64,000 nt of DNA, from assembly GCF_006345805.1 (NCBI RefSeq), contig NC_043009.1, positions 23,312,001 to 23,376,000 on the forward strand. The letters are read 5' to 3'. Within the stretch, counting starts at the first letter, position 1; each line of letters opens with the position of its first letter. The translations under genes and the position numbers were made by a program. Of the stretch, positions 41,036-55,023 are shown in pieces. The notes under the pieces are model-generated. The model was not told where the DNA came from. It saw only the letters and a list, made by a program, of their open reading frames with translations, and ran no database searches. Source of the DNA: Octopus sinensis. Lineage: Eukaryota.

Positions 41036-43324
41036 ATCATAAAATGGCAGAGAATATAATAGGCAGCATCTGATATGTAATATGGGCAATAATGTGTGTT
41101 CCATATACCGATTTACACATTTGAATATGCATACGTACATTATCAGACATATAAATATATAGCTAGATACGTTGCATTATTTTCAAGGAAAACACATATA
41201 CATACAAAAAAAAATATCAGAGTGTAAAAAGTAATTTAATGAGCAGTGTTTATTAATTATAATAATTAATGTCACTGCTTGTTGCCTTTTCAATCCATCA
41301 TTTGACAAAATAGCGATAATGTTCGGACAATTTCTTCCGACAAGAAGCAAAATGTAATGTGAAAAAACGCATGGAATCTGTTGTCTTTCTTCCACACGAA
41401 TGTACCTTGTTTTTTTTTTTTCAATTCTTCTGATTATTACTTGTTTTTTTTTTTTCTTCTTTGTTGTTTTTCACGTTTCTGACACTTGCTATGTTCGACC
41501 GATAAAAGAACTAAAAACACAACAACCAAAAATTGTTATTTTTTGCAACATCGAAGAAACAAAATAAAAGGAAAAAAATCAAAATAAAAAAGTAAAAATA
41601 TTAAAAAACGTTAATTTAATTTTCTTTTTTTTTTTTCGAAAAAAAAATGTCTTTTTTTTTGTTTGCGAATTAATTCACACCGCTTTTCGTTGCCAGAACA
41701 AAATGTTAAGATATTTCGAATAATTCTTTTGCAATCACCAAACCAAAGTTTAGAAAGAAAAAAAAACGCAATAAAAAAATTCCACTTGAAAACTGTTTTT
41801 AAAAAATCGGAACAAGTTGAAGAAAATGGAATAAAAATAAAAATGAGTATTCAATAAAGAATCCCAAAAGTTAAAAACGTCTTTTAAATTCCCTTCAGTA
41901 TGGTATTTTCGTGATAAAATTTACACCCCGTAATTTCTTTAATATCTCAATTTGTTTAGTTAATCCTGAATTTCTGTTTAAATGCGACGAGCTTCCGCAT
42001 ATTTCTCCCGACTCCCAACTTCCACTTACAAAACACTCTTTTCCGCTTTTCCCTATCGTCTGCTTTTCCACCCTACCTATCGTCTGCTTCTGCTTCCCCA
42101 CCCCCTTGTCTGTGTTTTGCATTGTCTGTTTTACTGTACTGTTTATAGTTAATCGAATTTTGCTTTTGTTAATCGTCCTTTTTTCATTGCTTTTGTTTGT
42201 TTTCGTTTGCATTGGCTTCTGTGTGTATATTCATTTGTCCAGTTCAATGGACATAAGAAGTCCCTTTGCATTTTCTCTCGCCAGTTAGTGAGCTGGCATG
42301 AAGAGTGATCGACTGGAGTATTTAGGCACTTACTTTAGGACTTTCCAAGCTTTTTACCGCTTCTGTTTTGCTGGGACTCGAAGGGCTCCGTTTTTTCCCT
42401 GATGATAGGAAGCGGGATTAGAACTCAGAATGAACGGAGTCGAAACAGATATCGCAAGGCATCTTGTTTGACGCTTTGATATTCCGCAAATTCGCTATCC
42501 CAGACTGGGGGATTTTTATCAATCTCGAAATGGCGAAAGGCAACATTGACTTTAGCAGGATTTGAACTCAGAACACAGAGGTCCAGAAGAGATATCGAGA
42601 CGCATTCTTTCCGACTCTCCAACGACTCGGCCAGTTCGCCAACCGAAGATCAGGAGTGCAAAATTTCGGCAAAAAGAGAAGAATACTTTTGTCGACCGTG
42701 GATAAAGAAGAAAAGGGAAATCTTAACGTTCCGGACAGGATCCCTTGGTTAGAAATTAAAAAAAATTCGAAGGAACTGGTTCAAAACGTAACAATTTACA
42801 TCTCTCTTCCTCGTGAACCTCGAACGTATTCACACTTGTGTGCATTAGTCGTTGATTCTGTCCATGCAGCGGTTTCTCCTTTGCTGAAAGAAATCAGGTC
42901 ACAAGAATAGAAAGAAAGAAATACAGAAATAAAGAGCGTCAGAGAGAAAGGGAGAGAATTAGAGAGAAGAGAGATGGTGGAAGGGATGACATCTTTTAGC
43001 AGTATTTTGTTAGAAGTTTGAGTTCGAGGGATTTTAAAAAGTCACATTAAATATTTCTGTTTTTATATTCGTTTATTTGGCCAATATATTTAAGAAAAGC
43101 AAACAACAATAAAATAAACAAGCAATACATGAATTTCGAGAAGTGGAAGACGAGATTTTGGTTCCAAAATATTATAAATGGTGCAAAGTAACATTGGAGA
43201 GGGCGTTGTCAAAATGTTTCCAAAAACAAGCGTTCATTCACAGACTGGTACAAGTGACACACTAAACAACAAACAATAGTAGTAGTGGTACATTAGTAGA
43301 ATGGCTAGACACATAGAGAAAATA

Positions 43325-43583
43325 ATAAAGTAATAAATGCGCCCTTTTAAAGTCTAGCCAGGCTCATAGGCCCGGTTTCCCGGTTTCTATGGCGTATATG
43401 TTCCCCAGCTGGACGGGACGCCAGTCCATCGCAGCGTTACTCATTTTTGCCAGCTGAGTGGATTGGAGCAACGTGAAATGAAGTGTTTTGCTCAAGGACA
43501 CAATGCGTCGCCCGGTCCAGGAATCGAAACCACAATCTTACGATCATGGTGCTGACACCCTAACCACTAAGCCACGCGCCTCC
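43325..43583 (-). mobile_element. Full-length tRNA-derived SINE (family D) with a 16-bp TSD
   Basis: Minus-strand head GGAGGCGCGTGGCTTAGTGG...GTTTCGATTCC. ACACATAGAGAAAATA is duplicated at 43309-43324 and 43584-43599. Confidence 0.88.
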
Positions 43584-44175
43584 ACACATAGAGAAAATAC
43601 CATACGTCATTTACTTACAGCATTTTTACGTTCTGAGTTCAAATACTGCTGAGATCAACATTATCTTTCCAACTTCCGGGGTCGATAAAAAGTAAAAGCA
43701 ATATAGTTGGTTACATTCCTACTCCATCCCAAACTGTGGTCTTGTGTCTATATTAGAAACGAATATCGAACGTCAGACGACATCTTAATGTGAAGTAAAA
43801 AAGGAAAAAAAAAAGCAAGAATATATTTTGTGGCACCTACTTCCCTGTATGCTGTTGAATCCACAAGAGAAGGTAAGGATGAAGAAATGTTGTAATTCAA
43901 AGAAAATATAGGTATTACAACGGATGAAACACACACATACACAATGTACACGTACATACTTACATACATTCACACATACAGTAGTAGTGATGGCAACACT
44001 GTCACTAATCCAGTATGAATAGGTAAATTACGAATGAAAGTTACGCATCTGTGGAAATTTGACAATGCAGGCTACATTCTCGAAACGCACGTAAGATTAT
44101 TTAACTAAATATTATATAAACAAAATCTCCATACACATATATATGTATAAGTACATACATATGTACACACACACA

Positions 44176-44226
<51 letters not shown>

Positions 44227-45178
44227 GTCTATGTGCATACATACATACATACAAACCTACATACATAAATACGTGTGTATATTTTGCTTTTCTGTATTCA
44301 CTTAGTCTTAGCTTTTCTTATATCCCCAAATGCAATGTCCTGTTACACTTAACTGATATTAATGGACATCGTGTTTAGAAATACATCAGTTAGAACTATC
44401 ACTTTATATACTTTAGATTTTTAATCTCATGTAACTTTCATAATTCAATGCTTAATTAGGATTAAGTGTCATTTGTTAATCTGTCAACACGTAACTATAA
44501 CCACACATAAATACAACTTGAGAGTATGTCAATAGTCATACTTTTATTACAAGCTTATTATTGCCGAGAAAAGATTTTAAAAGATGGTATTCCGTCATTT
44601 CAGATTCGTACCCGTGTCAGAGCTTTTATATGGTTGTTTAATCAACTAGAAATAACAACCAAATCTTCTTTAAATGACACTGCCATTTTAAAGGACAAGT
44701 TTATATCAATGCTGTCATATTAGGTAATGAAATTATGGATAAACTATGTCATCGTGGCCACACCTTTGATCATTTGTCTGACAATTAACGTTGACTTATG
44801 ACTATAACAATGGCCTAGATATCAATTAATTTTTAACCAGTCGGTTCTTAAAGCTGTTGCAGAATGCAATCATATTGGAAACTTACGTACTAGGTCTGGT
44901 GGATTTCTGGGATTTATAATTGCTTATAGCACTAGTCTTTGTGTCGAGATATAACATCTATGTCTTTGGATAATTGGATCTACATGTAATCCTGTTAAGA
45001 GTCCTTTTTTTCCCCTGTTTTGCACCAATCTCGTCATTCATAGTTTTATGAGAGCCGTGTACTTTCCGCTATACTTTCTTTATTTTTCAGTCCCAGTTCT
45101 ACAATAGATACAAGATCCGGGAAAGCCGAAACCGTGAAAGCTTTTCTTTAAAATCTCCGTAGGAACCCATAGATAAGG

Positions 45179-45256
<78 letters not shown>

Positions 45257-46016
45257 AGTATCCCAACCCAAGCAATATATAATGTGTGTGGTTAAAACTT
45301 CGACTGCAATCAAAATTAGTAACTAAACAAATACAAAACAAAACAAAAGAAAAACGATGCATTTTGCGTGACTGCTTTGCACTTTTTTTTTATACTATTG
45401 AAGATGAAAGCCTTCCATAATTCCCCAAAGTTCACATTCATATTTTTTTCAAAAACACTTAGAAATATATTGCTTTTACTATTTTTATCCCTTATTTTTG
45501 CGTCTCGTTAGCTTATTATCTTCACTGAGATAATCGTATTGTAGAACCTCGACGGCATCAGAAGAAATGATAAAGTAACATGAAAAAAGAAAAAAAATAG
45601 TCAACAGAAATGCGTTAACGAAACCTTTCAGCTATTTTATTGAATAATTAATAACTGATTATTAATTCAATCTATTGTTTCATCTTTTTTTGTTTTTTCT
45701 TTTCTTTTCAGATGCCGTCTCAAAAGAGTGTCCCACTTCTTTCCTGCACATCCCACCAGATCTTCCAAGTTTTATATGTCGGTTTTCAGGGTACCACTTC
45801 ACTTCTTGCCACCAAAAAATATCATCTGCAAAAGGGACATTTATTTTTCTAACGCTCTTTTATAATTTATAAATCTGCATTTCAAAGCAAATTTTTTTAT
45901 ATAAGAAAATTTTTCCCTAATTGCTGCGTGATTACCACTGCATGTGTAAAATAAAAGAAAAAATAACAAAACAAAACAGAGACCTCTGGTAACCAATTTT
46001 TTCTCTTTAACATTAT

Positions 46017-46088
<72 letters not shown>

Positions 46089-46773
46089 CTTGTCAAAAAA
46101 CAAGGAAGTTAGTCTGCAAGATTTTATGTTGAAAAAAAATTTCCATCGTTTTTGCAAGTAACTACGTACCGATGGCTTAAATAAATCTCACTTGAACGGA
46201 AAGTGTTGATTTCTTATGATTGTCCATTGTGGACAGATAGCTTTCCGATACAGTAACATATTTGTGTTCACATGCATTTTTACCCTCTGCCGTCACATCC
46301 TTCCACTTTTTTCACTTTTGTGAAAATGAAACGCAACACACAGACACACACACATACACCATGATTTTGGTGATTATTAATTTTTTTTTTGTTTTTACTT
46401 TCTGAATTTACAATCTAGAGTGGAGTAGCGAAGCTTCAAAGAAATCTTGAAGTGAAGAAAAAAGACAACTGAGAAGAAATATCAATTTTCTTTTCGTGTT
46501 TAAATGTATTCCTTAGTTCGTCAATTTGTTTGAAACCTACCTTAAAAGCAACAGAAAGCACGTTTACCCACAAATTTTTCTCTTTTTTTTCTGTTTCTCA
46601 CTCCTTCTTTCTCTTCTTTATGTGCCATCTTGGAAAACAAAAGACTAAAAATCCCCCCAAACATCCAAAAAACAAAATGAAGCTTATTCTGTGATGTCAA
46701 CTGTTTCTTCTATATTTTCATATAAGATATCATATTCTGGAGGAGAACTGGAATTCATATATATATATATGTG

Positions 46774-46870
<97 letters not shown>

Positions 46871-49263
46871 CTTTTAAAATATATCTAAAAAAGACACGAT
46901 TCTGTTCGTTTAAATGACATGTTTTTTGTGTCATTGCGATATAATTGTTTTTGTTAAAAGTGAATGCAAAACCGATTTCAAGAAAATGGTACACGAGTTC
47001 AAAAGTCTCTACAGCTATATAATAATCATTTTTTTTCTCTCTAATTGAAGAAAAAAAGAAAAAATTCTTCAGCAGCGATTCTTCTTTTACATACATACAT
47101 TTATCTATTTATTTAATTGTCTAATTAAAGCCTGTTGCTGGATTTCAACGGTACCTGAGATCAATGACTCTTTTGGACTCATTTCAAAATTAAGGTATTT
47201 TTTTAAACAAAGGGAAAAAAGGAGGAAAAAGTCCAGAAAGAAAATTATATTTTTCTTTTTCGTGATTTTTCTTCGATTTTTTTTTATTTGTAAAGAAAAA
47301 ATATAAGAATACGTCATTGTAATTTATTATTATTATTTTTATTATTATTGTTAGCTGTATATTGATAATGTTACTGTTTGTCTTCTGTTTGCGACTGAGG
47401 TCTGGATCCTACGTAGACAAATGACAAATGGTATAACGTCATGTATAACTGCGCTCTATGAAAATAATAAAAAAAATCTGCACTATTTCCATTCTGTGAT
47501 CGATTTACTCAATCATTACATACATATATATATATATGTACTGTTACATATGTACTGTTACTCATATTCTTCGAAAAATTCTTTCTCCTTAGAGGTATCT
47601 GTTATAGAACCTTCAGGCATGATCAGGGGAGACAGCTGTGTATAGCTTAAAGAAGAGGAGAAAAAATAGCAACCGAAAACATGATAAACCATAGAAGAAA
47701 AGGATAAATCGATAGAAAGTATTTTCAAAAAGGACATCAAAATAAACAACAAAAATACAAAAACAAAAACACCACTGATGAAGAACTTAAAATCTTGCTC
47801 TCCCTCCCCACTTCCCTCGGGAACTGTTCAGTTGCATTCATTGACTTCCAAACTCTGTATAAATAACTGTTTTTTTTTTTACGTTATCATTATTTTAAAT
47901 TTTAAAAAAGAAAATTAATTTCATTTATTATTAATATTTTTGTAAATTTTAGTTGTAATTTTTTCCCTCTCTTTTTCATTTATCTATATTTTTCTTCTTG
48001 CATCTTTTATTTTAACGACTTTGTTTTTGTATCTAATCTTGAAGACTGGTTAAAAAAGGTCACACACACACACACACACAACATACAACTCATATATATA
48101 TACACTCATACGATACACAGACATTGTATCGAAATAAAGCAGGAATAAATCTCTAGCTCATTTATAAACTAGAGCTATCCCACCTATTCTCTCAAAAACG
48201 AACACTTAGAACTTAGGTAACAAATATACATATTATTCTACCCCTATGATCGGGTTATATTCTTTCAACTTGATAGCTTATCGACAGGGAACAGATCACA
48301 TTGCTTGCCACTGGTCTCGACTGAGTTATATAAAAACGAAGTAGAATTTGCCTCGTGTAAATTAAAAAATTTGATATTCCATATTAATCCGTTACAAAAA
48401 AAAATTACATATTTCATCTAACAATGATAATGATTGTGCATAAAAAGAAACGAAGTAACTCTGCTAAGCAAAATGGGTGTTATTGCTGGAGAAATTGTGT
48501 TGGAGGCTTAAAAATAATTTTCATACATACCATAACACTTATGGTCGTTTTTTATCTGATGTGATCAGAGTTTCTCTGATATTTTGATAATTATAAAATT
48601 AACAAAACAAAAAAAAAATGTATTGCATCGAAAAATATATTTTAAAAAGGCAATGGTAATTAATACAGGAATTCATTCTTTTTAATGATTTTTTTTTCAC
48701 GAGACAATATTGAAAACGGTAATCTGTATTATCGAACAGATTAAGCTAACGACGAAAGACAGATCAAAACAAAACAAAGATAATCCATGGGATTTTCAGG
48801 GATTTGTTAGCGTATGACTTTCCCGCTCTTTAGAGTATTCCAACTACAGGGGAACCGGATAGATGCAAGCTTGCGGCCATATTGCTATCATCTCTCTTTG
48901 TGTTTTCTATGACTCAGTCTTATCTGTTTACCTGACCATCACGTATATCACCACGATTTTGATTCTCGGAATAGACGGTGTTATTATTATTGTTGTTGTC
49001 AATAATGATAATAATAATAAGACAAACTTACATGCTCCTTTCCGTAAAGGCTTGTCTTTTTAGTCGTTGCGAATTAACAGAAGGGAGTAATTTTTGTGGG
49101 TTTACTAAAGAAAGATATCAACTACTGAACAAGTGAGGTTTTATTTTAAATATATGACCCTCTTAGAAACACCAACGGTCGGCCTTAGATTTGAAGACAC
49201 TGAGAATTTCTAATCTGGTGATTTTGGCCGGTTCTTTTGGCAAGAACCGAATCATGAAGATTG

Positions 49264-49313
<50 letters not shown>

Positions 49314-50232
49314 CACAAATGGGTTTGCTAGCAGAGACACAAAGCATAACTTCGTTTAGCCGAGCCGTTTCGACAAATTTGATCGGTAGGGTATAAATGA
49401 AGGCCCTTTCGTTCCCAGAAGCTCTTGCATTCTAAGACCAGCTTTCTACATGCCTTAAATGGATGCTTTGGTGAAATAAATTTTGCGTATTTTTAAAAGA
49501 TAATTAAACTGAGACGAAAAGTAGGATGAGAGTCAATTTGAGCGGATTTTCTTTTAGCAATAGTAGATAACTGAGAAGTTAAAAGATGGTTGGCATTCAA
49601 GATTTATTTCTGTTCGAGTATTACTGAAAATTTCGTGGGTTAAATCTTTCCAATGATCTCAAAATTTCAAAGAAGAATGCAACAAACAGAAAGCGACAGG
49701 AAGGTCGGGGCGTTGGGAGGTTGGGATTTATCTCCCCTGACCACCGCCATTGTTCGTGCGGCTGATCATTACGCTTGACCAAGCGAACAATTAGAGTGTT
49801 ATGATGCAAATAATAATGTAATATTTTATATATTTCTGGTGAAGCGAATCGTAACGAGAGAACTTCACTCGATTGAATATTACACTTAACAAATTCTGTA
49901 TAAACCGGGAAAGGTTACAGAAATACAGTTAAAGTGTGACCATAGAATACTACGGTAGTTAAGAGCGGGAAAGGATCGGACCTGTTATTTAATTATATTT
50001 ATTATTCGGGGTCTCTGGAGACTTTTTCAAACTATTTTTTTGCCCATATACATATATATATTTATATTTCTTCATGTTTTAAAATCGTTTGGTGTTCGTA
50101 ACATAACAAAAAATAAGTAGATAAAATTGACCCATCTTCCTTTTTTATAAAAAAAAATATAATCAACATTAATATATGTCAGCTCTCTCTCTCTCTATTT
50201 CTCTCTTTCTCTCTCTCTCGTTTCCGATCTAG

Positions 50233-50351
<119 letters not shown>

Positions 50352-50367
50352 TACATATGTATGTATG

Positions 50368-50473
<106 letters not shown>

Positions 50474-50695
50474 TATATACAGTTGCTGTTGTTTGTCCGT
50501 CCCTTTTGCACCTGCCCAGTAATTCTTAACATATCTGATTCCAACTACCTCCCTCTTTCTACCATTGTGAAGTATCTCTTGTGTTGTTCCTTAACTGTGA
50601 AAATATAGAGGAAGAGGAGAAAAGAAAAAGCCGACAGACGCGATTTTTTTTCTTCCGTTTGTGATATTCTGTAAACTTGCAATTTTTCTTTGATC

Positions 50696-50742
<47 letters not shown>

Positions 50743-51087
50743 CGTATGTGTGGCAAAATATGTTCCAGCTGTCTGAGTTTTCATAAGCCAATAGTTTCCT
50801 TCCTCTTTTTCTTGAATTCCTTCTGATATATATATATATATATACAAAAAGCAATAAAGATTCAAGTTAATTTAAATGAATTTACTTGAATATGGTACCT
50901 AACTTAGATGCACCAAAAAAAACTATACTGTTTTAACAATACAGTAATGTGGGGTGATTATAAGCGAGAAAGAAGCAACAAGAATGGATAGGTTTTTAGT
51001 ACAATCGTTTCATACTTTTAATAAAGCCTGTCCTTGTATGAAACGATTGTACTAAAAACCTATCCATTCTTGTTGCTTCTTTCTCGC

Positions 51088-51141
<54 letters not shown>

Positions 51142-51229
51142 ATACACACATGCCTTCTTTCTGCACACGCTGATTATTATCATTATTATAATTATTACTA
51201 CTACTACTACGACGACTATTATTATTATA

Positions 51230-51276
<47 letters not shown>

Positions 51277-51729
51277 AATTAATGCTTTTACTAATATCAC
51301 TGCAACAAACAACAGCTACACCAATTACTACTACTACTACTACCGCTACTACAACTACTGCTACTTTTATAATCAGTTTATTTTTCATCATTTTATTTTT
51401 TAATTTTATTTATTTATTTTTTTTGTAAATTTATTTGCGAATGGACAGTTGGTCTAAAGCTACGGCTGGTATTCCGAAATACTCTTCCTCACGCTAAACT
51501 CCACATTGTCTGCTAAACAAGTTGTAAATAACAACAACAACAACAACTACTACTACTACTACTACAAATACAACAACATTAGCAGCAATAACAAAAAACA
51601 TTAATAATAATAATATTACAACAACAATCTCAAAAATAAATAAAAGAAAAATAAATAAATTTGTCAACATTTTACAAGGCTTAACTTTATTCTTTCCAGT
51701 TTTCATTCTTCTTCTTCTTCTTCTTCTTC

Positions 51730-51775
<46 letters not shown>

Positions 51776-52074
51776 GTTAGCAAAAATGGCAGATTGACAG
51801 AATCATTAGCACATCGGAAAAAACGCCTTGCGGTATTTCTTCCGGTTCTCTGTTCTGAATTAAAATCCTGCTGAGGTTAACTTTAACCTTTTATCCCACC
51901 GAGACGATAAAACGTAGTGCCAGGCTACGTTCTGAGGGCGATGGTATCGATTCCCACTCCACACAAAATATTAACCCTCTGCCAAAATTCAAAACCAACA
52001 AAAGTGGTGAGCTGGCAGAATTGTTAACCTCGCCGAGCAAAAGTGGCATTTCTTCTGGCTTTTTTTCTGAGTTC

Positions 52075-52168
52075 AAATTCCGTCGAGTTCTTCTTTGCCT
52101 TTCACCCTTTTGGTATCGATAAAATTCCGTCGAGTTCTTCTTTGCCTTTCACCCTTTTGGTATCGATA
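52075..52168 (+). repeat. Perfect 47-bp tandem duplication inside a SINE A copy
   Basis: aaattccgtcgagttcttctttgcctttcacccttttggtatcgata occurs twice. Confidence 0.93.
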
Positions 52169-52269
52169 AAATAAGTAACTATTGGACACTGGGATCGATA
52201 TAATCACCAAACCATCTCCCACAAAGTTTCACGTCTAGTGTTTATAATAGAAAGGATTATTATAATTGT

Positions 52270-52545
52270 AACATTTTAACTCAGGTTTTGTTGGAACTCC
52301 TGGAATCTTGTATAAGTAGCAGGGTTGCTACCTGTAGCATACGGTTCCATGCTATTTGTTCTCTTCACCTATATAATACTTTCCTGGTGATTCTGGCCGT
52401 GCCAAGGTGGCAAACCTTTTGAAACAGCTCTACCAAACACTCTATTCCAATTTCTATTATGCTCTTCTTAATATCTACTGATACTGTTTCCAAGATCCCA
52501 ACAATAATTGGCACTATCTTCACCTTTTTCATTTTCTACAATCAA
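52270..52545 (-). mobile_element. Second, shorter R4/Dong-like 3' end
   Basis: Frameshifted peptides KVKIVPIIVGILETVS..IIEIGIECLVEL and QKVCHLGTARITRKVL, then a UTR ending in an AT-rich tail. Confidence 0.7.
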
Positions 52546-52555
52546 GCTATCATCA

Positions 52556-52618
<63 letters not shown>

Positions 52619-52619
<1 letters not shown>

Positions 52620-53085
52620 TCTTATTCAAAAGCTGCTACATGCTAATTTCGTTAGCAGAGATGTTATCTCGCAGTTTGGTGATGACAATCCTTCTCAAAT
52701 CTCAAGAATGTTTTTTGGGGATTCTTTCCAAAATACAGGATAGTACTTTTCTGCGAATCGGCAATAGTTCCCTCAATTCCAATGTCTTTCAGTCTCTTGT
52801 TAGTTTAGGATGTTATCTCAAGTGTACCAATTACCACAGGAATAGTTGTTGCCTTTGTCTTCCACAATCTCTGTATTTCTCTGGCTAGTTCCTGATATTT
52901 CCAATTATTCTCAATTTCTCTGATATTCGCTATATTATCATATGGCATTGCAAAATCTATGATCTTACATATTTTATCTGGTCTCCTTGCTTCATTAGTG
53001 TGATCTGTCTCTATGGAGAAATTCCCTAAAATCCTGTAATTACCATTCATCATCACAGCCTTTGGCCTTTGACTCGTGTTCATAC
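52619..53085 (-). mobile_element. 5'-truncated R4/Dong-like non-LTR retrotransposon (restriction-like endonuclease domain)
   Basis: RILGNFSIETDHTNEARRPD..IIDFAMPYD..KYQELAREIQRLWK..IPVVIGTL carries the PD-(D/E)xK RLE signature. The 3' end runs into a (TAA)n array (ATT on +, 52558-52618). Confidence 0.82.
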
Positions 53086-53254
53086 CTATTACTATTATTA
53101 TTATGGTGGCAAGCTGGCAGAATACTTAGCGGCATTTTGTCCGTCTTTATGTTCTGAGTTCAAATTCTACCGAGGTCGACTTTGTTCTTCATACTTTCGG
53201 GGTTGATATGATAAGTACCTCGAAGTCGCTGGCCTTGTGCCACAATTTGAAACC

Positions 53255-53290
<36 letters not shown>

Positions 53291-53292
53291 GA

Positions 53293-53490
53293 AAGCGGCG
53301 AGCTAGCAGAATCGTTAGCACGCCGGGCGAAATGCTTAACGGTATTTCCGCCCGTCGCTACGTTCTGAGTTCAAATTTCGCCGAGGTCGACCTTTCGGGG
53401 TCGATTAATTAAGTACCAGTTACGCACTAGGGTCGATGTAATCGACTTAATCTCCTCTCCCAAGCTGCGCTTGTGACAAAAATTTGAAAT
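53293..53490 (+). mobile_element. SINE family A, representative copy. At least 15 copies or fragments, e.g. 2690-2815, 2860-3050, 6961-7105, 17790-17950, 39830-40045, 42500-42640, 43620-43760, 51780-51900, 52000-52260, 53105-53255, 55190-55590, 55640-55830, 61160-61495.
   Basis: Recurrent GGCGAGCTGGCAGAATCG (A-box) ... TTCTGAGTTCAAATTCCGCCGAGGTCGACTTTGCC (B-box) ... GTCGATGTAATCGAC ... (ATT)n tail. Confidence 0.85.
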
Positions 53491-54503
53491 CACTATTATT
53501 ATTATTATCCAATACAACCTCCTCAATGCAAGATCGTGTTTGCAATGTAAAATTGTGATGGAAGCAGGCACGTAACACAAACAAAAAAGTAAACAATAAC
53601 AAAAAAACAATAAACCTTATAAATAATGACATGCAGATATGAACAAAATAAATAACATGCATTCTTCGAGGATATCAAATTGAAATGAAAACAAAATTCA
53701 TTCACTCTTGTGAACTGAAACAAATTTTGTGGACTCGGTTTTGTAGAAATTTTATCCATTTAGTTCGTGAAACTTCTACCAAAGCTTCTAATGACTCATT
53801 GTGACTGTGAGAAGTGATTGTGATGTGAATGAGTCAAACTTTATTCTGAAGAGAAAGACATCAGTCTTATTACATGTACTTGGTAGGCTTGAAATAGCAG
53901 TAAAATTTCCCTGAAATCATCCCCAACCGTCTTATTAAAAAAATACATTCTTTTATTCTTTTACTTGTTTCAGTCATTTGACAGCGACCATGCTGGGGCA
54001 CCGCCTTAAAGGCTTTTTTAGTCAAAGGGATCAACCCCAGGACTTATTCTTTGTAAGCCTAGTAATTATTCTATCGGGTTGCTTTGCCGAACTGCTATGT
54101 TACGGGGACGTAAACACACCAGCATCGGTTGTCAAGCGAAGGTGGTTGGACAAAGACACAAAGACACACACATAGACAATATACAGCGGGCTTCTTTCAG
54201 TTTCCATATACCAAATCCACTCACAAGACTTTGGTCGGCCCAAGGCAATAGTATATGACACTTGCCCAAGGTGCCACGCAGTGAAACTGAACCCAGAACC
54301 ATGTGGTTGAGAAGCAAACTTCTTACCGCCTTTGATCTACTTGATCAAGACCTAAGTTCAAGCTAAACGAAAACAAGAACAACGACTATGAACTCACAGC
54401 CAAACACAAACATACACCAAGACAAGACAAATCTAACTTGTTCCAATTTAGTTTACAATAAATAAATATATACCGTGCTTTGAAGGTAGCACTACATAAT
54501 TAA

Positions 54504-55023
54504 CCCCTTGACAACGGTTGACGCAAATATGCGATCACACTTTTGCTTGCCTACCAGCGGTTAACGTAAATATACGATGTAGAGCTAACTACATCTTTCA
54601 CGGACTTTTTAGCGGCTGACGTATGTTTACGTTCGCTATCGTGTACTTTATCTCTTGAGGTGCGGGCGCTCGCCGTCCCGTGCATTATCTAAGCTATTTT
54701 AGGTTACGTTCAAGTCATGAGACTAGCAGTAGACCAATGACATGCGGATACTTTACATGCATAATACCGTGTTTTGAGTTGTACCACACGCAAGCGATTT
54801 TCTGAACTTGAGCAGAGTAACTCGTGCATATCATATGATAAATAGCTTCACATAGTTCGTTTCCATAAACCGGTAAACGTAAATGTACGACGCTGTGTTA
54901 TTGTAATGGTGGACGTAAATAGACGCGAGCTCGCTGGCACTTGTGTGTTTGTGTGGCCTTATTAGATAAAAAAAAACCCAGAGCAGTGTCTCGCATGCTT
55001 CGGGTAATACCGGCGTCAAGGGG
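54504..55023. mobile_element. piggyBac-type non-autonomous element (MITE), 520 bp
   Basis: TTAA|CCCCTTGAC ... GTCAAGGGG|TTAA: TTAA duplication at 54500-54503 and 55024-55027, a 9-bp perfect TIR extending imperfectly to about 30 bp, and no ORF. Confidence 0.78.

Noticed and set aside
41895-42288. 105-125 aa ORFs on both strands
   Set aside because: Low-complexity pyrimidine-rich DNA with a short internal duplication (cctatcgtctgctt); no domain features.
45712-45852. Strong + strand acceptor followed by ATG (MPSQKSVPLL...)
   Set aside because: Short, featureless ORF with no convincing donor or homology.
47558-47660. Minus-strand exon candidate SYTQLSPLIMPEGSITDTSKEKEFFEEYE
   Set aside because: Good pyrimidine tract but a weak donor, no recognisable homology and no compatible neighbouring exons; kept only within the 43.8-51.8 kb finding.
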